Below are positions 40,618-50,573 of a stretch of 64,000 nucleotides of DNA, piece by piece. The notes beneath the pieces are model-generated. The model ran no database searches. It was given only the letters and a program-made list of their open reading frames with translations, and was not told the DNA's origin. Both the position numbers and the translations under genes were made by a program. The stretch is from Faecousia sp. GTDB lineage: Bacteria; Bacillota; Clostridia; Oscillospirales; Oscillospiraceae. The stretch spans positions 264 through 64,263 of the forward strand of contig JAZKYA010000017.1 in the NCBI GenBank assembly GCA_045611945.1. Reading direction: 5' to 3'. How positions within the stretch are numbered: the first letter of the stretch is position 1; each line of letters opens with the position of its first letter.

Positions 40618-42657
40618 ATGAACGAGAATGAAAAGCTCCTCGCGCAGGAAGACCAGGAGTTGGATCTGGAGGATATCCTGAAGGAGTTTGCCCCGGAGGA
40701 AGGAGAAATCCTGGAGGAAGCCCTTTTGGAGGAAATGCCCCAGCAGGTGGAACAGCGGGAAAATGAGCCAGAGGCAGAAATTGAGGTCAGCGGTGATACT
40801 GTGCGCATTGAGCTGCCGAAGCATCAGGCTGCCGCCAATGACATGAGCGATACCGTCCGTCTGGAGAATATTGAACAGCTTGCGAAGGAGACCCAGCAGC
40901 CCAGGGAGGAAAAAAACGAACCCTTTTCTGAGAAGTGGCAGCCGGAATATGAGCAGCCCATTGGGGAGTATGTACCCCCACAGCCCATCATCTTCCACCC
41001 CCGTTCCCGTCTGCGGGAGCTGAAGCGCAAGCTGGTGGCAGGACCGGAACGGCGGTATTATGAGATCAATGAGATCGGCTTTGGCAAGCTGCAGGCGGCA
41101 ATATTCCTAAGTTTTTTGATGGTGGTGCTGACTGCCGGATCTACTGCCATGTACGCGCTGAATATGGTCCAGGACAGCCGCATGAAGCTGCTGGTGTTTT
41201 TCCAGATCTTCGCCATGGTAATGTCCGCCCTGCTGGGCAGCTACCAGCTTCTGGAGGGCATAGGAGATCTGTTTAAGGGCCGCTTTACTTTAGATACGAT
41301 GCTGGTCTTTACTTTCATTGCCTGCTGTGTTGACGGCGTGCTTTGCCTGCAGGAACTGCGGGTACCCTGCTGCGCCGCGTTCAGCCTGCAGGTGACGATG
41401 TCTCTGTGGAGTGCGTACCATCGCCGCAGTACGGAAATGGCTATGATGGATACCCTGCGTAAGGCCACCAATTTAGATGGCATCAAGGCTGTGGGGGATT
41501 ACCACGATGGCTGCGCCGGATTGCTGCGCGCAGAAGGCCAGGTAGAGGACTTTATGGACAGCTACCATAAGCCCTCCCACCCCCAAAAGGTATTTTCATG
41601 GTACGCTTTCTTTGCGCTGCTTGCCAGTATTGGAATCGGCGCAGCGGCAATGATGCTCCATGACTCGGTATCTTTCGGTATCCAGGTGATGTCCGTTTCC
41701 ATGCTGGCAGCGGTTCCGGTCACATCTTTCATTACATTGACCCGGCCCATGGCGATTTTGGAGCGCAGGCTCCATAGGCTGGGTACGGTGCTGTGCGGCT
41801 GGAAGGGAATCGTGGGGCTGAGCAAGCGGGCCGTGTTCCCTATCAGCCACGAGGATCTGTTCCCTGTGGGAAGCTGCAAGCTCAACGGTGTCAAATTCTA
41901 TGGCGGCCGTGACCCGGACCAGGTGGTTGCCTACTGCGCCGCGCTGGTAAGCGCCGACGGCGGCGGATTGGTGCCTCTGTTTGACTACTTGCTGACCAGC
42001 CGCAATGGCCGCCACTATGATGTGGAAAACCTCCGGGGCTACAACGGCGGTATTGGCGGTGAGGTCTGCGGCGAGCCGGTACTGATGGGAACGCTCAACT
42101 GTCTGAAGGAAATGGGCGTGGAGATCCCTGAGGGCACCAGCGTAAGCCAGGCTGTGTACGCCGCCATTGACGGTGAGTTCTGCGGCGTGTTCGCCGTTAC
42201 TTACGCCAAGTCAAGATCCTCCGCGGCAGGCCTTCGCACCATGTGTTCCTACCGGGGTCTGCGGCCCATCCTGGTGACGGAGGACTTTATGCTGACGGAA
42301 AGCTTTATCCGCAGCCGTTTCGGTGTGAACACCCGCCGGGTTTGTTTCCCACAGCGGGAGCTTCGGGCGTCTCTGGCGGCGGTGGAGGCTGACAGTGAAC
42401 AGCCTGCCATGGCGCTGATCACCTCCAAGGGTTTGGCACCTTATGCCTTTGCCGTTACCGGCGCCCGCAGTGTTCGCACCGCAAGCTGGATCGGGGTAGC
42501 GATCCACCTGCTGGGCGGCATCCTGGGCCTGGGTATGATGGCAGTTCTGGCCTATCTGGGCGAAGCGGCGCTTCTGACACCTACGAACCTGCTGCTGTAC
42601 GAAATGGTATGGCTGATTCCGGGCCTGCTGATCACCGAATGGACCCGGTCTGTATAA
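40618..42657 (+). CDS. P1B-type ATPase-like membrane protein lacking catalytic motifs
   Basis: Acidic N-terminus, TM helices and N-domain-like GGIGGEVCGEPVLMG / VYAAIDGEFCGVFAV. No DKTGT, TGES or GDGxND. Confidence 0.6.
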   Translation: MNENEKLLAQEDQELDLEDILKEFAPEEGEILEEALLEEMPQQVEQRENEPEAEIEVSGDTVRIELPKHQAAANDMSDTVRLENIEQLAKETQQPREEKNEPFSEKWQPEYEQPIGEYVPPQPIIFHPRSRLRELKRKLVAGPERRYYEINEIGFGKLQAAIFLSFLMVVLTAGSTAMYALNMVQDSRMKLLVFFQIFAMVMSALLGSYQLLEGIGDLFKGRFTLDTMLVFTFIACCVDGVLCLQELRVPCCAAFSLQVTMSLWSAYHRRSTEMAMMDTLRKATNLDGIKAVGDYHDGCAGLLRAEGQVEDFMDSYHKPSHPQKVFSWYAFFALLASIGIGAAAMMLHDSVSFGIQVMSVSMLAAVPVTSFITLTRPMAILERRLHRLGTVLCGWKGIVGLSKRAVFPISHEDLFPVGSCKLNGVKFYGGRDPDQVVAYCAALVSADGGGLVPLFDYLLTSRNGRHYDVENLRGYNGGIGGEVCGEPVLMGTLNCLKEMGVEIPEGTSVSQAVYAAIDGEFCGVFAVTYAKSRSSAAGLRTMCSYRGLRPILVTEDFMLTESFIRSRFGVNTRRVCFPQRELRASLAAVEADSEQPAMALITSKGLAPYAFAVTGARSVRTASWIGVAIHLLGGILGLGMMAVLAYLGEAALLTPTNLLLYEMVWLIPGLLITEWTRSV

Positions 42658-42690
42658 TACATCAAAAAGGGACGGCTGGGCGGTGCCTTT

Positions 42691-43068
42691 TTCAGTCTGT
42701 CAAAAAACTTGTTTTTTGACAGACTGCCAGAGGTCAAAGGAGCCGCTAAGACAAACAACTCGCTCTCGTCGGCGTACAGGTGGTACGGTAGAGAGCGAGT
42801 TGTGCAGTAAGTCAAAAAGCCTTGCGCAGCAAGCTTTTTCACCCCTCATCCGTCAAAAATCAGAGATTTTTTCCACCTTCCCCCTGGGCCGCGTTGGCCC
42901 GCGCCGCCGGTGGCGGATAAAGCAGGGCATAAGCGTGTGCCGCGGTCAAAATTTTGTGAGCGGACAGCGAACAGAAAATTTTGGGCACCGCAAACGGGGA
43001 AGGCTTCCCTCAAAGACATTCGGGTTATCTCGCTTCTTGACGATTAGCGGCTTTTTTGACACTCTGAA
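42691..43068. mobile_element. nested MITE/REP composite element
   Basis: TIRs TTCAGTCTGTCAAAAA / TTTTTGACACTCTGAA (14/16 complementary). An internal CCTTCCCC...GGGGAAGG hairpin is split by an approximately 110-bp unit. Confidence 0.6.
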
Positions 43069-43098
43069 CAGGCCCGCCCAGGATTGGGCGGGCCTGTT
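43067..43098. terminator. bidirectional terminator
   Basis: AACAGGCCCGCCCA/TGGGCGGGCCTGTT. Confidence 0.75.
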
Positions 43099-43115
43099 AT
43101 TTTGATAAGACATTA

Positions 43116-43964
43116 TTAAATAAACAGAATATCTCCCTGAGCTTGGGTATAGCTGGCTTCCACGCCCAAACGCTCCATCCACATGCGGGTTTCCAGGGTT
43201 TTGTGAGAGCCTTTTCCCGCAGAGTCAGGATCCGTACAGCGGTAATAGTTGTTCTCCCAAAGCCATTGGGGAGCAGCGTACAGGCAGATTCGGGGCTGTA
43301 TGAGCCGGTAAAAGGCTTCATCTACGCCATCCTGACCGTGGTGTGCCATTTGTACGATATCCTTACGGATCAGAGCCGGGTCGTACTTTCTTAAAAACTC
43401 GGCCTGTCCGTGGACATCAAAATCTCCCAAAAACAGCACATCCTGTTTGGGGAAATGGGCTACACAGATCATACTGGTGGAATTGATGTTTGGATATTCC
43501 CTGTAATCTTCCGGCACACTGACGATCTCCATCTCCATACCGCCGCAGGAGATCTTGTCTCCGGGTTTGGGAACGGTTACCGGAATTTGATGACGGAGAA
43601 TCTGCTCCAGAAACCGGCTGTTGATGGAGGACTCCTCTTTCCGGGAGAGCCATTCCCAGTCGGGAAAATTAAAACAGAGGGCTTCGATTTTCAGATCGAA
43701 GGTTTCCAGATTTTCCATCAGCCACAGAAGCGCTCCCAGATGGTCTGAGTGGGCATGGGTGATGACCCAAAGACCTATCCGTTTCCCCCGTTGGGTCAAA
43801 AGGCTGTAGAGGTTTTCCGCATCCTCACGGCAGCAATTTCCGCCGTCGATCATGATGACTTCTCCATCGGGGGTATCGATCAGATAGGACATCATCTGCG
43901 TCAGGGTTCGGTTGGCGACCTGGAGCATACTGCCGCCGCCAAGTCCCAATGTTACGGTCTGCAT
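43116..43964 (-). CDS. MBL-fold metallo-hydrolase (ComEC/Rec2-like domain)
   Basis: MIDGG, THAHSDHLG, LFLGD, QMAHHG. Confidence 0.88.
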   Translation of the reverse strand: MQTVTLGLGGGSMLQVANRTLTQMMSYLIDTPDGEVIMIDGGNCCREDAENLYSLLTQRGKRIGLWVITHAHSDHLGALLWLMENLETFDLKIEALCFNFPDWEWLSRKEESSINSRFLEQILRHQIPVTVPKPGDKISCGGMEMEIVSVPEDYREYPNINSTSMICVAHFPKQDVLFLGDFDVHGQAEFLRKYDPALIRKDIVQMAHHGQDGVDEAFYRLIQPRICLYAAPQWLWENNYYRCTDPDSAGKGSHKTLETRMWMERLGVEASYTQAQGDILFI

Positions 43965-43973
43965 ATCTATAGG

Positions 43974-45035
43974 TCAGTCAAAGAGAACTTCCCGTCCGGT
44001 TTCGGCAGATTCGTAAATAGCATTCATGATCCGGATGATCTGGGTGCCCTGGCTGGCGTTGCAAATACATTCAGTTTTTCCGTTGCAGCTATCCACGAAA
44101 TGACGGATCTCGGGATTAAAGTTGGATTCCCGGGCCTTGGCAATCCAGGGCTTGGTCTCCATAAAGAAGTTGGTATCATCCAGCATCAGAAGCTTTAGAT
44201 CATCGCCGTTGGCCGCCACACCACCCTTGTCGCCGATCAGTTCAAAGCGGCTGCCGGGGTTGGCAGTATTGGCAATATGAGAGGCCTTGATGAAGAGATT
44301 TTTGTTTCCTTCAAATGTAATCATGGCGCTGGCAAAGCTTTCAACGGTTCTGGTAACAGTGGTGTGGGAAGCGGAGGTGTAACCGCGGCTCAGTCCCCGG
44401 ATCCGGTCGGGCAAATCCTTGTTCACATCGTTGGCATAGCCCTTAACACTCTTGACCTTGGGATAGCCCATCAGGTACAACAGAAGATCCAACTGATGGA
44501 TCGCTGCATCCATCAGACAGCCACCGCCAGCTTTGGACTTTTCACGGAACCAGCCGCCAATGTCGGAGCAGTTCTCCATACGGGTTGCTTCCGCGTAATA
44601 GATATCACCCATCCTTCCGGCATCGATGAATTCCTTAAGGAATTGATGGGGGGCGTAAAAGCGCATGACGAAGCCATACATCAGCACTTTCCCGGAGCGT
44701 TTGGCTGCCTCTTCACAATCCAGCGCCTCCTGGTAGGTCAGTGCCGGCGGCTTTTCACACAGAACATGCTTGCCGCTGTTGAGGGCGTCTACCACGATAT
44801 TGCGGTGGGTAAAGGTGGGGGTCACCACGCTGACCGCGTCAATGGTGGGGTCAGCCAGAACTTCCCGGTAGTCAGTGCAGACCTTGGGAATGCCGAATTC
44901 CCGGGCTCTGGACTGGGCAAGCTCTTCGTTCAGATCGCAGATAGCGGCAATAGTAATGCCGGGTGTACTTCTGTAGCCTTCAATATGGACTTTGCAGATA
45001 GAACCTGCACCAATAATAGCAACATTCTTAATCAT
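43974..45035 (-). CDS. Gfo/Idh/MocA family oxidoreductase
   Basis: IIGAGSI, HVLCEKP, GGGCLMDAAIH. Confidence 0.93.
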   Translation of the reverse strand: MIKNVAIIGAGSICKVHIEGYRSTPGITIAAICDLNEELAQSRAREFGIPKVCTDYREVLADPTIDAVSVVTPTFTHRNIVVDALNSGKHVLCEKPPALTYQEALDCEEAAKRSGKVLMYGFVMRFYAPHQFLKEFIDAGRMGDIYYAEATRMENCSDIGGWFREKSKAGGGCLMDAAIHQLDLLLYLMGYPKVKSVKGYANDVNKDLPDRIRGLSRGYTSASHTTVTRTVESFASAMITFEGNKNLFIKASHIANTANPGSRFELIGDKGGVAANGDDLKLLMLDDTNFFMETKPWIAKARESNFNPEIRHFVDSCNGKTECICNASQGTQIIRIMNAIYESAETGREVLFD

Positions 45036-45037
45036 AT

Positions 45038-46066
45038 TCAGTCCTCCCAGTTGATCACAACACACATTGCCTGGCTGCGATCTTTCATCAGCATTTCGTA
45101 GGCAGCGGGGGCGTCCTTGTAATGGAATTCGTGGGTAAACAGATTAGCTACCGGCAGAAGGCCCTTGTCCATCAGGTCCAGCGCATGCTCTGTATCATGA
45201 TGGCGGGTCCAGTAGGAATGGTTATTTTCCCTGGTAGCGTGGGATGTCCAGTTATGGGCGCCGATGATTGACAGGCCGTTACGGCTGCAATAGTCTAAAT
45301 CCACCAGAGATCTGCCCTTAGGGCTGCTGGTGATGATCAGCTTGCCCCGCTCCTTCAGACAGGTGAGCTGCTCCTGCGCCAGGGAAGGAACGCTGGTCAC
45401 TTCAAAAACATAGGGAACACCCTTGCCCCACGGTGTGTGGGCCTTTACAAATTCAGGCACATTGGTTTTTGCGGAATTGATCTTGATAAAGCAGGGGTCA
45501 TCCGGGATCATATCCAAACGGAAGTCGGAAATGTCCGCCACAAAAACCTTGGTAGAACCGGCCAGCTTGGCAAGGCGGGCAACCATCTGGCCCACGATGC
45601 CGGCACCGTAGACCACGCAGGCTTCACCGGGAGCAATATGGGATTCCCGGACACTGGCATTGGCTACACAAATCAAGGTAGCGAGAGTGGCATCTCTGCT
45701 GTCTACACTATCAGGGATCCACAGGTACTGCTCCTCGTTCTTCAATTTGAAGGTGAAGTAGCTCTGATGCCGCGAAGAGGTAAATACACGGCGGCCGATC
45801 AGATCCGGAGATACATCCTTGCCAACCTTAACGATGCGGCCGACATTGCTGTAGCCAGTATGGTAAATGGGGTACTGCATCAGGCTTTCCGCCCAGGGTG
45901 TGCCTTCTTCAACATTTCTCTCCAGCACCGTCAGCTCAGTGCCGGTACTGATCAGGGAGATCTCTGTTTTAACCAGAATATCGTCGTCCTCCATCTCGGG
46001 CATGGGCCATTCAATGAGGGCAGGCTGTTTCGGGGCCATAAAGGCTACTTTGTAATTGGTTTCCAT
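45038..46066 (-). CDS. MDR-family (zinc-ADH-like) dehydrogenase
   Basis: SLISTGTE, GYSNVG, GAGIVG. Confidence 0.85.
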   Translation of the reverse strand: METNYKVAFMAPKQPALIEWPMPEMEDDDILVKTEISLISTGTELTVLERNVEEGTPWAESLMQYPIYHTGYSNVGRIVKVGKDVSPDLIGRRVFTSSRHQSYFTFKLKNEEQYLWIPDSVDSRDATLATLICVANASVRESHIAPGEACVVYGAGIVGQMVARLAKLAGSTKVFVADISDFRLDMIPDDPCFIKINSAKTNVPEFVKAHTPWGKGVPYVFEVTSVPSLAQEQLTCLKERGKLIITSSPKGRSLVDLDYCSRNGLSIIGAHNWTSHATRENNHSYWTRHHDTEHALDLMDKGLLPVANLFTHEFHYKDAPAAYEMLMKDRSQAMCVVINWED

Positions 46067-46120
46067 GTTTAAAATCCTCCATATTACATCTGTAGATTTA
46101 TAGGTTTGTTTGCGTGTGTA

Positions 46121-47992
46121 TTACATCCACCTGCGGGTACAGGAAGAAAGGATGTTGGTGTAGTATGTGGAATCCTGGCATTCCATGGACAGCCGGGGTT
46201 CTTCCAGCTCTTCCAACCGGTCCACCCGTCCGTCCAGGTAGTCCCACAGGCGGGTGATGGCGCTTTCGATTCTGGCCCGGACACCGCCGTAGCGAATATC
46301 GATAACCTCAAAGCCGAAAGGCTTGTTGGTGGCGTACCACATTTTTTGGTGAAGCTTCCGTGTGTTTTCTACCTTCTCAGACAGCTCCGGCAGCAGCCGG
46401 TCTGCGGCAGTCCGCAGATAATCCAGATCCTTTTCCAGGTAGCGGGGTTTGAGCTGTTCCGCAATGGCGCATTTGTCCGCCATGAGGGCGAACAGGCTTT
46501 GCGCGAAATCGATATGTCCCTGAAAACGGCTGTCCTGCTTTTTATATTGGGCAAACCGTTCCGCATACTTCGCGTAATGGCCGGACATGGGCGTTTCCAG
46601 AAGCAGATGATCCTTCATGCCCACCATAATATCCTGCCACAGCAGCTTCTTGCCCACAAAATCATGGACATACAGGTGTCCGTTGGTGTAGGTGGAAAGC
46701 TCGGTGCTGCGGTTGGGGATCATGTTGAATTCTGACATATCCATAAATGCCTGGGCGCTGACACCGACGGTCTGCTCAAACCGCTCCATAATGTGCGATT
46801 CCGCAACCTGGGAATTATATTTGTATTCGGCGTAGATCTGGGCACCGAACAGGCTGAAGAAATGGTTGCACTCACAGCCGTCATCGCCCCAGACTGTACC
46901 GACCATATTCCGGATGCCGTGTTTTTGGCACAGGTCAAAGAAGTAGGCGCATGTATCCAGGGTCAGCCGGTTATCGGGCATGGGACCCATCCATGTCCAG
47001 ATGGGGCCGCAGTACCACAACCGGGATGTATCCCCCTTCAAGAACTCCAGGAAGGGTTCCCTCCTCTTCAAAAAGACTTCCTCAGTAAAGTAGGAGTAGG
47101 CACCTACAAAGGTAATCAGTTCATCCGCGCCGGGAGTATTCATCAACGCAGCAGGGTCCGAGACTTTGCTGGGCTTCGCAACCTGCCACACCATGGGAAC
47201 CCGGTCATATTTTGCCAGAATTTCCAAAACCCTGGTCAGATGCTCCGCAAAGACCTGGGACATGTCCCGCAGACCGTTCTTGTCCATGTAACCGGCAAGG
47301 TTCAGGTCAAAGGCTTCGTCCATGCCCAGGTGGATCCGCCTGGAAGTGAAGCACCGGCTGATGGTGGAGAGCATCTGATCGATCAGGGTATAGGTGTCCT
47401 CAGAGCCTACCAGCAGGGTCCGCTCGGAACAGCGGCACTTCCAGTTCTCGCCCCACTTCAAATAGTGTTCCAAATGGGAGGCAGTCTGGATCATGGGGAT
47501 CACTTCAATACCCAAGGCCGCGCCGTGAGCGTCGATCCGCTTCAATTCATCTTCAGTGTAGCGGCCACGCATATAGCCAAAGTAGGGCAGCCCGGGGATA
47601 GTATAAATATCTTCGATGTAGAGAAGTACATAGTCCAGACCCATCATCGCCATGTACTCCATATATTCCATGACCGCTTCCGGCTTCATAACGCCGCCCC
47701 GGGACAGGTCCAGGGAGATACCGACTTCATCGAAAATAACGGTTTCTTCCAAGTAGAAGGGCTTTCCTTTACTGACCTGTTTCACAAACTGTGTCAGCAT
47801 TCTGGCAAAGGAAACGGTGGAAACGAAGCCAATACGGCCTCCTTTTCCGTCAAAGGATACAGAGGGCTGCTGGGCTGGGAATGCCGTCAGAGGGATTCCC
47901 CGGGGATCCAGGGACATCTGCAGCTTGGTTTGCAGCAGGCTGGCAGCGCGCAGAACCGCCTTGTTCTCCGCGGTCAGGCAAATGGAAATCAT
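46121..47992 (-). CDS. GH20 beta-N-acetylhexosaminidase-like protein
   Basis: DLSRGGV, LYIED, PYFGYMRGRY, IQTASH, HLGMDEA, WGDDG. Confidence 0.9.
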   Translation of the reverse strand: MISICLTAENKAVLRAASLLQTKLQMSLDPRGIPLTAFPAQQPSVSFDGKGGRIGFVSTVSFARMLTQFVKQVSKGKPFYLEETVIFDEVGISLDLSRGGVMKPEAVMEYMEYMAMMGLDYVLLYIEDIYTIPGLPYFGYMRGRYTEDELKRIDAHGAALGIEVIPMIQTASHLEHYLKWGENWKCRCSERTLLVGSEDTYTLIDQMLSTISRCFTSRRIHLGMDEAFDLNLAGYMDKNGLRDMSQVFAEHLTRVLEILAKYDRVPMVWQVAKPSKVSDPAALMNTPGADELITFVGAYSYFTEEVFLKRREPFLEFLKGDTSRLWYCGPIWTWMGPMPDNRLTLDTCAYFFDLCQKHGIRNMVGTVWGDDGCECNHFFSLFGAQIYAEYKYNSQVAESHIMERFEQTVGVSAQAFMDMSEFNMIPNRSTELSTYTNGHLYVHDFVGKKLLWQDIMVGMKDHLLLETPMSGHYAKYAERFAQYKKQDSRFQGHIDFAQSLFALMADKCAIAEQLKPRYLEKDLDYLRTAADRLLPELSEKVENTRKLHQKMWYATNKPFGFEVIDIRYGGVRARIESAITRLWDYLDGRVDRLEELEEPRLSMECQDSTYYTNILSSCTRRWM

Positions 47993-48139
47993 CTTCTGTG
48001 TACCTCCTGTAACAGTGTATTTTGTTGCCCCTTGGCAAGACAATAATATCCCAAGCACCTACAATAGCCAATAAGTAAAAACGGACAAAAGCCCTTATGG
48101 GCAGGTGGTGTCTGCTTTTCCAACCCCATAAAAATTGGC

Positions 48140-48895
48140 CTACACATCCATAATCTTGTAACGGGAACGGTATTCCTGCGGGGTCATACCGGTACGCTGG
48201 CGGAATATCCGGCAGAAGCTATAGGGGGTAGAAAAGCCGCAGCTTTCTCCAATGGCCCAGATTTTCAAAGAACCCTCTGATAGCAATAACCGGGCCTTTT
48301 GAATCCGAAGGTCAATGACAAATTGCTTGGGAGACACCTGGAACTGTTCCTTGAAGAGCCGGCGGAAATATACCTCGCTGATCTGGCAACTCTGGGCTAA
48401 CTGTCCTACAGAAAGCTCCGGCAGGTGGTAGCTGCTGTAGATCTGGTCCACCGCGTTTTGCAGAACCCCCCAACGGTTCCGGGGTGAAAGCTGGTGCAGC
48501 ATATCGTAAAGAATGCTCATGCACTTGGCCTGGTCCTGTGGTTCCAGGAAAAGGCCCTTCAGCGCTTCATAGTTTTCCATAAGAAATTGGGACCCGGGAA
48601 TGTCCAGCGCTGTTACAGTTTCACAAAGAGGGGAAAGGGTTGTGATATTGATGACCGGGAAATCCCCTTCTTTGTCGCACCGCAGGGAGTAGCTCTGCCC
48701 CTGTGGCAGAAGCACCGCGTGCTCCGGGTCTGATACGACTGCCCTTCCGTCATGGAAATAAGTAACCTGTCCACTCTTACACAGAGAAAGGCCGTAGGTT
48801 GCCCGGTTTGTCACTTCCCTTACAGCTCCTTTTTCCAGATGAACGGTGAATACGCCGGTTATGCCTGTGATGACCGTATTTTGCAGTTCCATCAT
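48140..48895 (-). CDS. AraC family regulator
   Basis: ISEVYFRRLFKE...CGFSTPYSFCRIFRQRTGMTPQEYR. Confidence 0.93.
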   Translation of the reverse strand: MMELQNTVITGITGVFTVHLEKGAVREVTNRATYGLSLCKSGQVTYFHDGRAVVSDPEHAVLLPQGQSYSLRCDKEGDFPVINITTLSPLCETVTALDIPGSQFLMENYEALKGLFLEPQDQAKCMSILYDMLHQLSPRNRWGVLQNAVDQIYSSYHLPELSVGQLAQSCQISEVYFRRLFKEQFQVSPKQFVIDLRIQKARLLLSEGSLKIWAIGESCGFSTPYSFCRIFRQRTGMTPQEYRSRYKIMDV

Positions 48896-49051
48896 TTAAA
48901 CTCCCCTGTTAGCTTTTTTTAGCATATCATTTGTGTTTATAAATGTAAAGCTTTTCGGCACAAATGTATCAGAAAGCGCAATGTAGGATTGAAAATGTAT
49001 ATTGAAAAAAACGGTGATTTCTCTTATGGTATAGACAGGAGAGTGATAAAT

Positions 49052-49810
49052 ATGAATCAGCGGTTTTTAGAACAGTCCCAGCCATTGTTGACGGTGATGC
49101 TGCAATGTAACACTCCGGAAACTGCCATTGGCCGTATCCGAAACGCCCTTTGCCAGGGGGCAGAAGCCTTTGGATTGCAAACAGAATCCCTGCTGCCGCA
49201 GTACCGGAACCGGGAAACTCTGGAAAGAATTTTTGGCGAAATGCGGGGCAGGCCCTGCTATGTGACCAACTACCGTAGCGGCAGCAACCGGGAAAAATCC
49301 GAAGAACAACTGGCCCAGGAGCTGTTGGAGATGTCTCAATGGGGACAGCTTCTGTGTGATGTAATGGGTGACCTTTACTGCCCCCACCCGGAGGAACTGA
49401 CAGAAGATCCGGAAGCGATTCAAAAACAGATGGCCCTTATCGATACCCTTCACAGCCAGGGTTCCCAGGTCCTGATGTCCTCCCATATTTTGAAATTCAC
49501 CCCGGCGGAGCGGGTCCTGGAGGTGGCGCGGGAACATCTGCGGCGGGGTGCTGACATTGTGAAGATCGTCACCGGAGCGGAAACGATGGAACAGCAGATC
49601 GAAAATCTGCGGATCACGAACCTATTAAAAGAGGAACTGGGCGCGCCGTTCCTGTTTCTATCTGGAGGGGTGTGCAGCCTTCACAGGCGGCTGGGCATCC
49701 AACTGGGCTGCTGCATGGCGCTGTGCGTATATGAGCACGACATGATCTCCACCGGCACGCAGCCGCTGCTGACCACTATGAAGACCCTTCGGGACAGTAT
49801 CGATTTTTAA
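49052..49810 (+). CDS. type I 3-dehydroquinate dehydratase-like protein
   Basis: YVTNYR, VLMSSH, GADIVKIV (Schiff-base Lys position). Confidence 0.7.
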   Translation: MNQRFLEQSQPLLTVMLQCNTPETAIGRIRNALCQGAEAFGLQTESLLPQYRNRETLERIFGEMRGRPCYVTNYRSGSNREKSEEQLAQELLEMSQWGQLLCDVMGDLYCPHPEELTEDPEAIQKQMALIDTLHSQGSQVLMSSHILKFTPAERVLEVAREHLRRGADIVKIVTGAETMEQQIENLRITNLLKEELGAPFLFLSGGVCSLHRRLGIQLGCCMALCVYEHDMISTGTQPLLTTMKTLRDSIDF

Positions 49811-49822
49811 GGAGGAATCAAT

Positions 49823-50560
49823 ATGGAATTTTCGGGAAAAACCGCACTGGTAACCGGTGCTGCCAACGGCATTGGCCGTGCTACCGCCATTTTGCTGGCC
49901 CAGCGGGGCGCTAATTTGGTTCTGGTGGATATGAACCAAGAAAAGCTGGAAGCCGTAAAAGCGGAACTGGGAGAGGCTGGAGGCCGGACCGTATGCTTTG
50001 GCTGTGATGTAGCAGATATGGAAGCAGTCAATGCTGTGGTGGCTCAGGCAGAGGAACGGTTCGGCGGTATCGATATTCTGGTGAATAACGCCGCCCTATG
50101 GCGGTGCTGGGCGTCCCTTCTGGACACACCCATTGAGGACTGGAAGCGTTTTATTGATGTCAATATTATGGGTGTTGTTTACTTCACCCGGGCCGTCCTT
50201 GGGAAGATGCTTGAAAAGAAATACGGACGGGTCATCAATGTGGCCTCCGTTGCCGGTGTCTATGGAAATGCCAACATGGCCCACTACTCTGCTACCAAAG
50301 GCGCGGTGATTTCTTTCACAAAGGCGCTTGCCAAAGAAGTTTCCCACCTGGGCATTACCGTCAACGCCATTTCCCCCGGCAGTGTCAGCCCTGCCAGAAC
50401 GCCCGACATCAATTACAGCGAAGAAACGGACATGTCTTTCATGGGCAGGACCGGCTCTCCCAGGGAAAATGCGGAACTGATCTGCTTCCTGGCCAGTGAC
50501 AATGCCGGCTATATTTCCGGACAGAATATTCAGATCGACGGATGCCGAAAGAAACAGTAA
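49823..50560 (+). CDS. SDR family oxidoreductase
   Basis: TGAANGIG, NNA, YSATK, VNAISPG. Confidence 0.93.
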   Translation: MEFSGKTALVTGAANGIGRATAILLAQRGANLVLVDMNQEKLEAVKAELGEAGGRTVCFGCDVADMEAVNAVVAQAEERFGGIDILVNNAALWRCWASLLDTPIEDWKRFIDVNIMGVVYFTRAVLGKMLEKKYGRVINVASVAGVYGNANMAHYSATKGAVISFTKALAKEVSHLGITVNAISPGSVSPARTPDINYSEETDMSFMGRTGSPRENAELICFLASDNAGYISGQNIQIDGCRKKQ

Positions 50561-50573
50561 GGAGGTCTTTTCT

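Noticed and set aside
42552-43182. ORFs in the nested repeat, considered as a transposase
   Set aside because: No DDE or HUH motifs; the sequence is palindromic repeat DNA.
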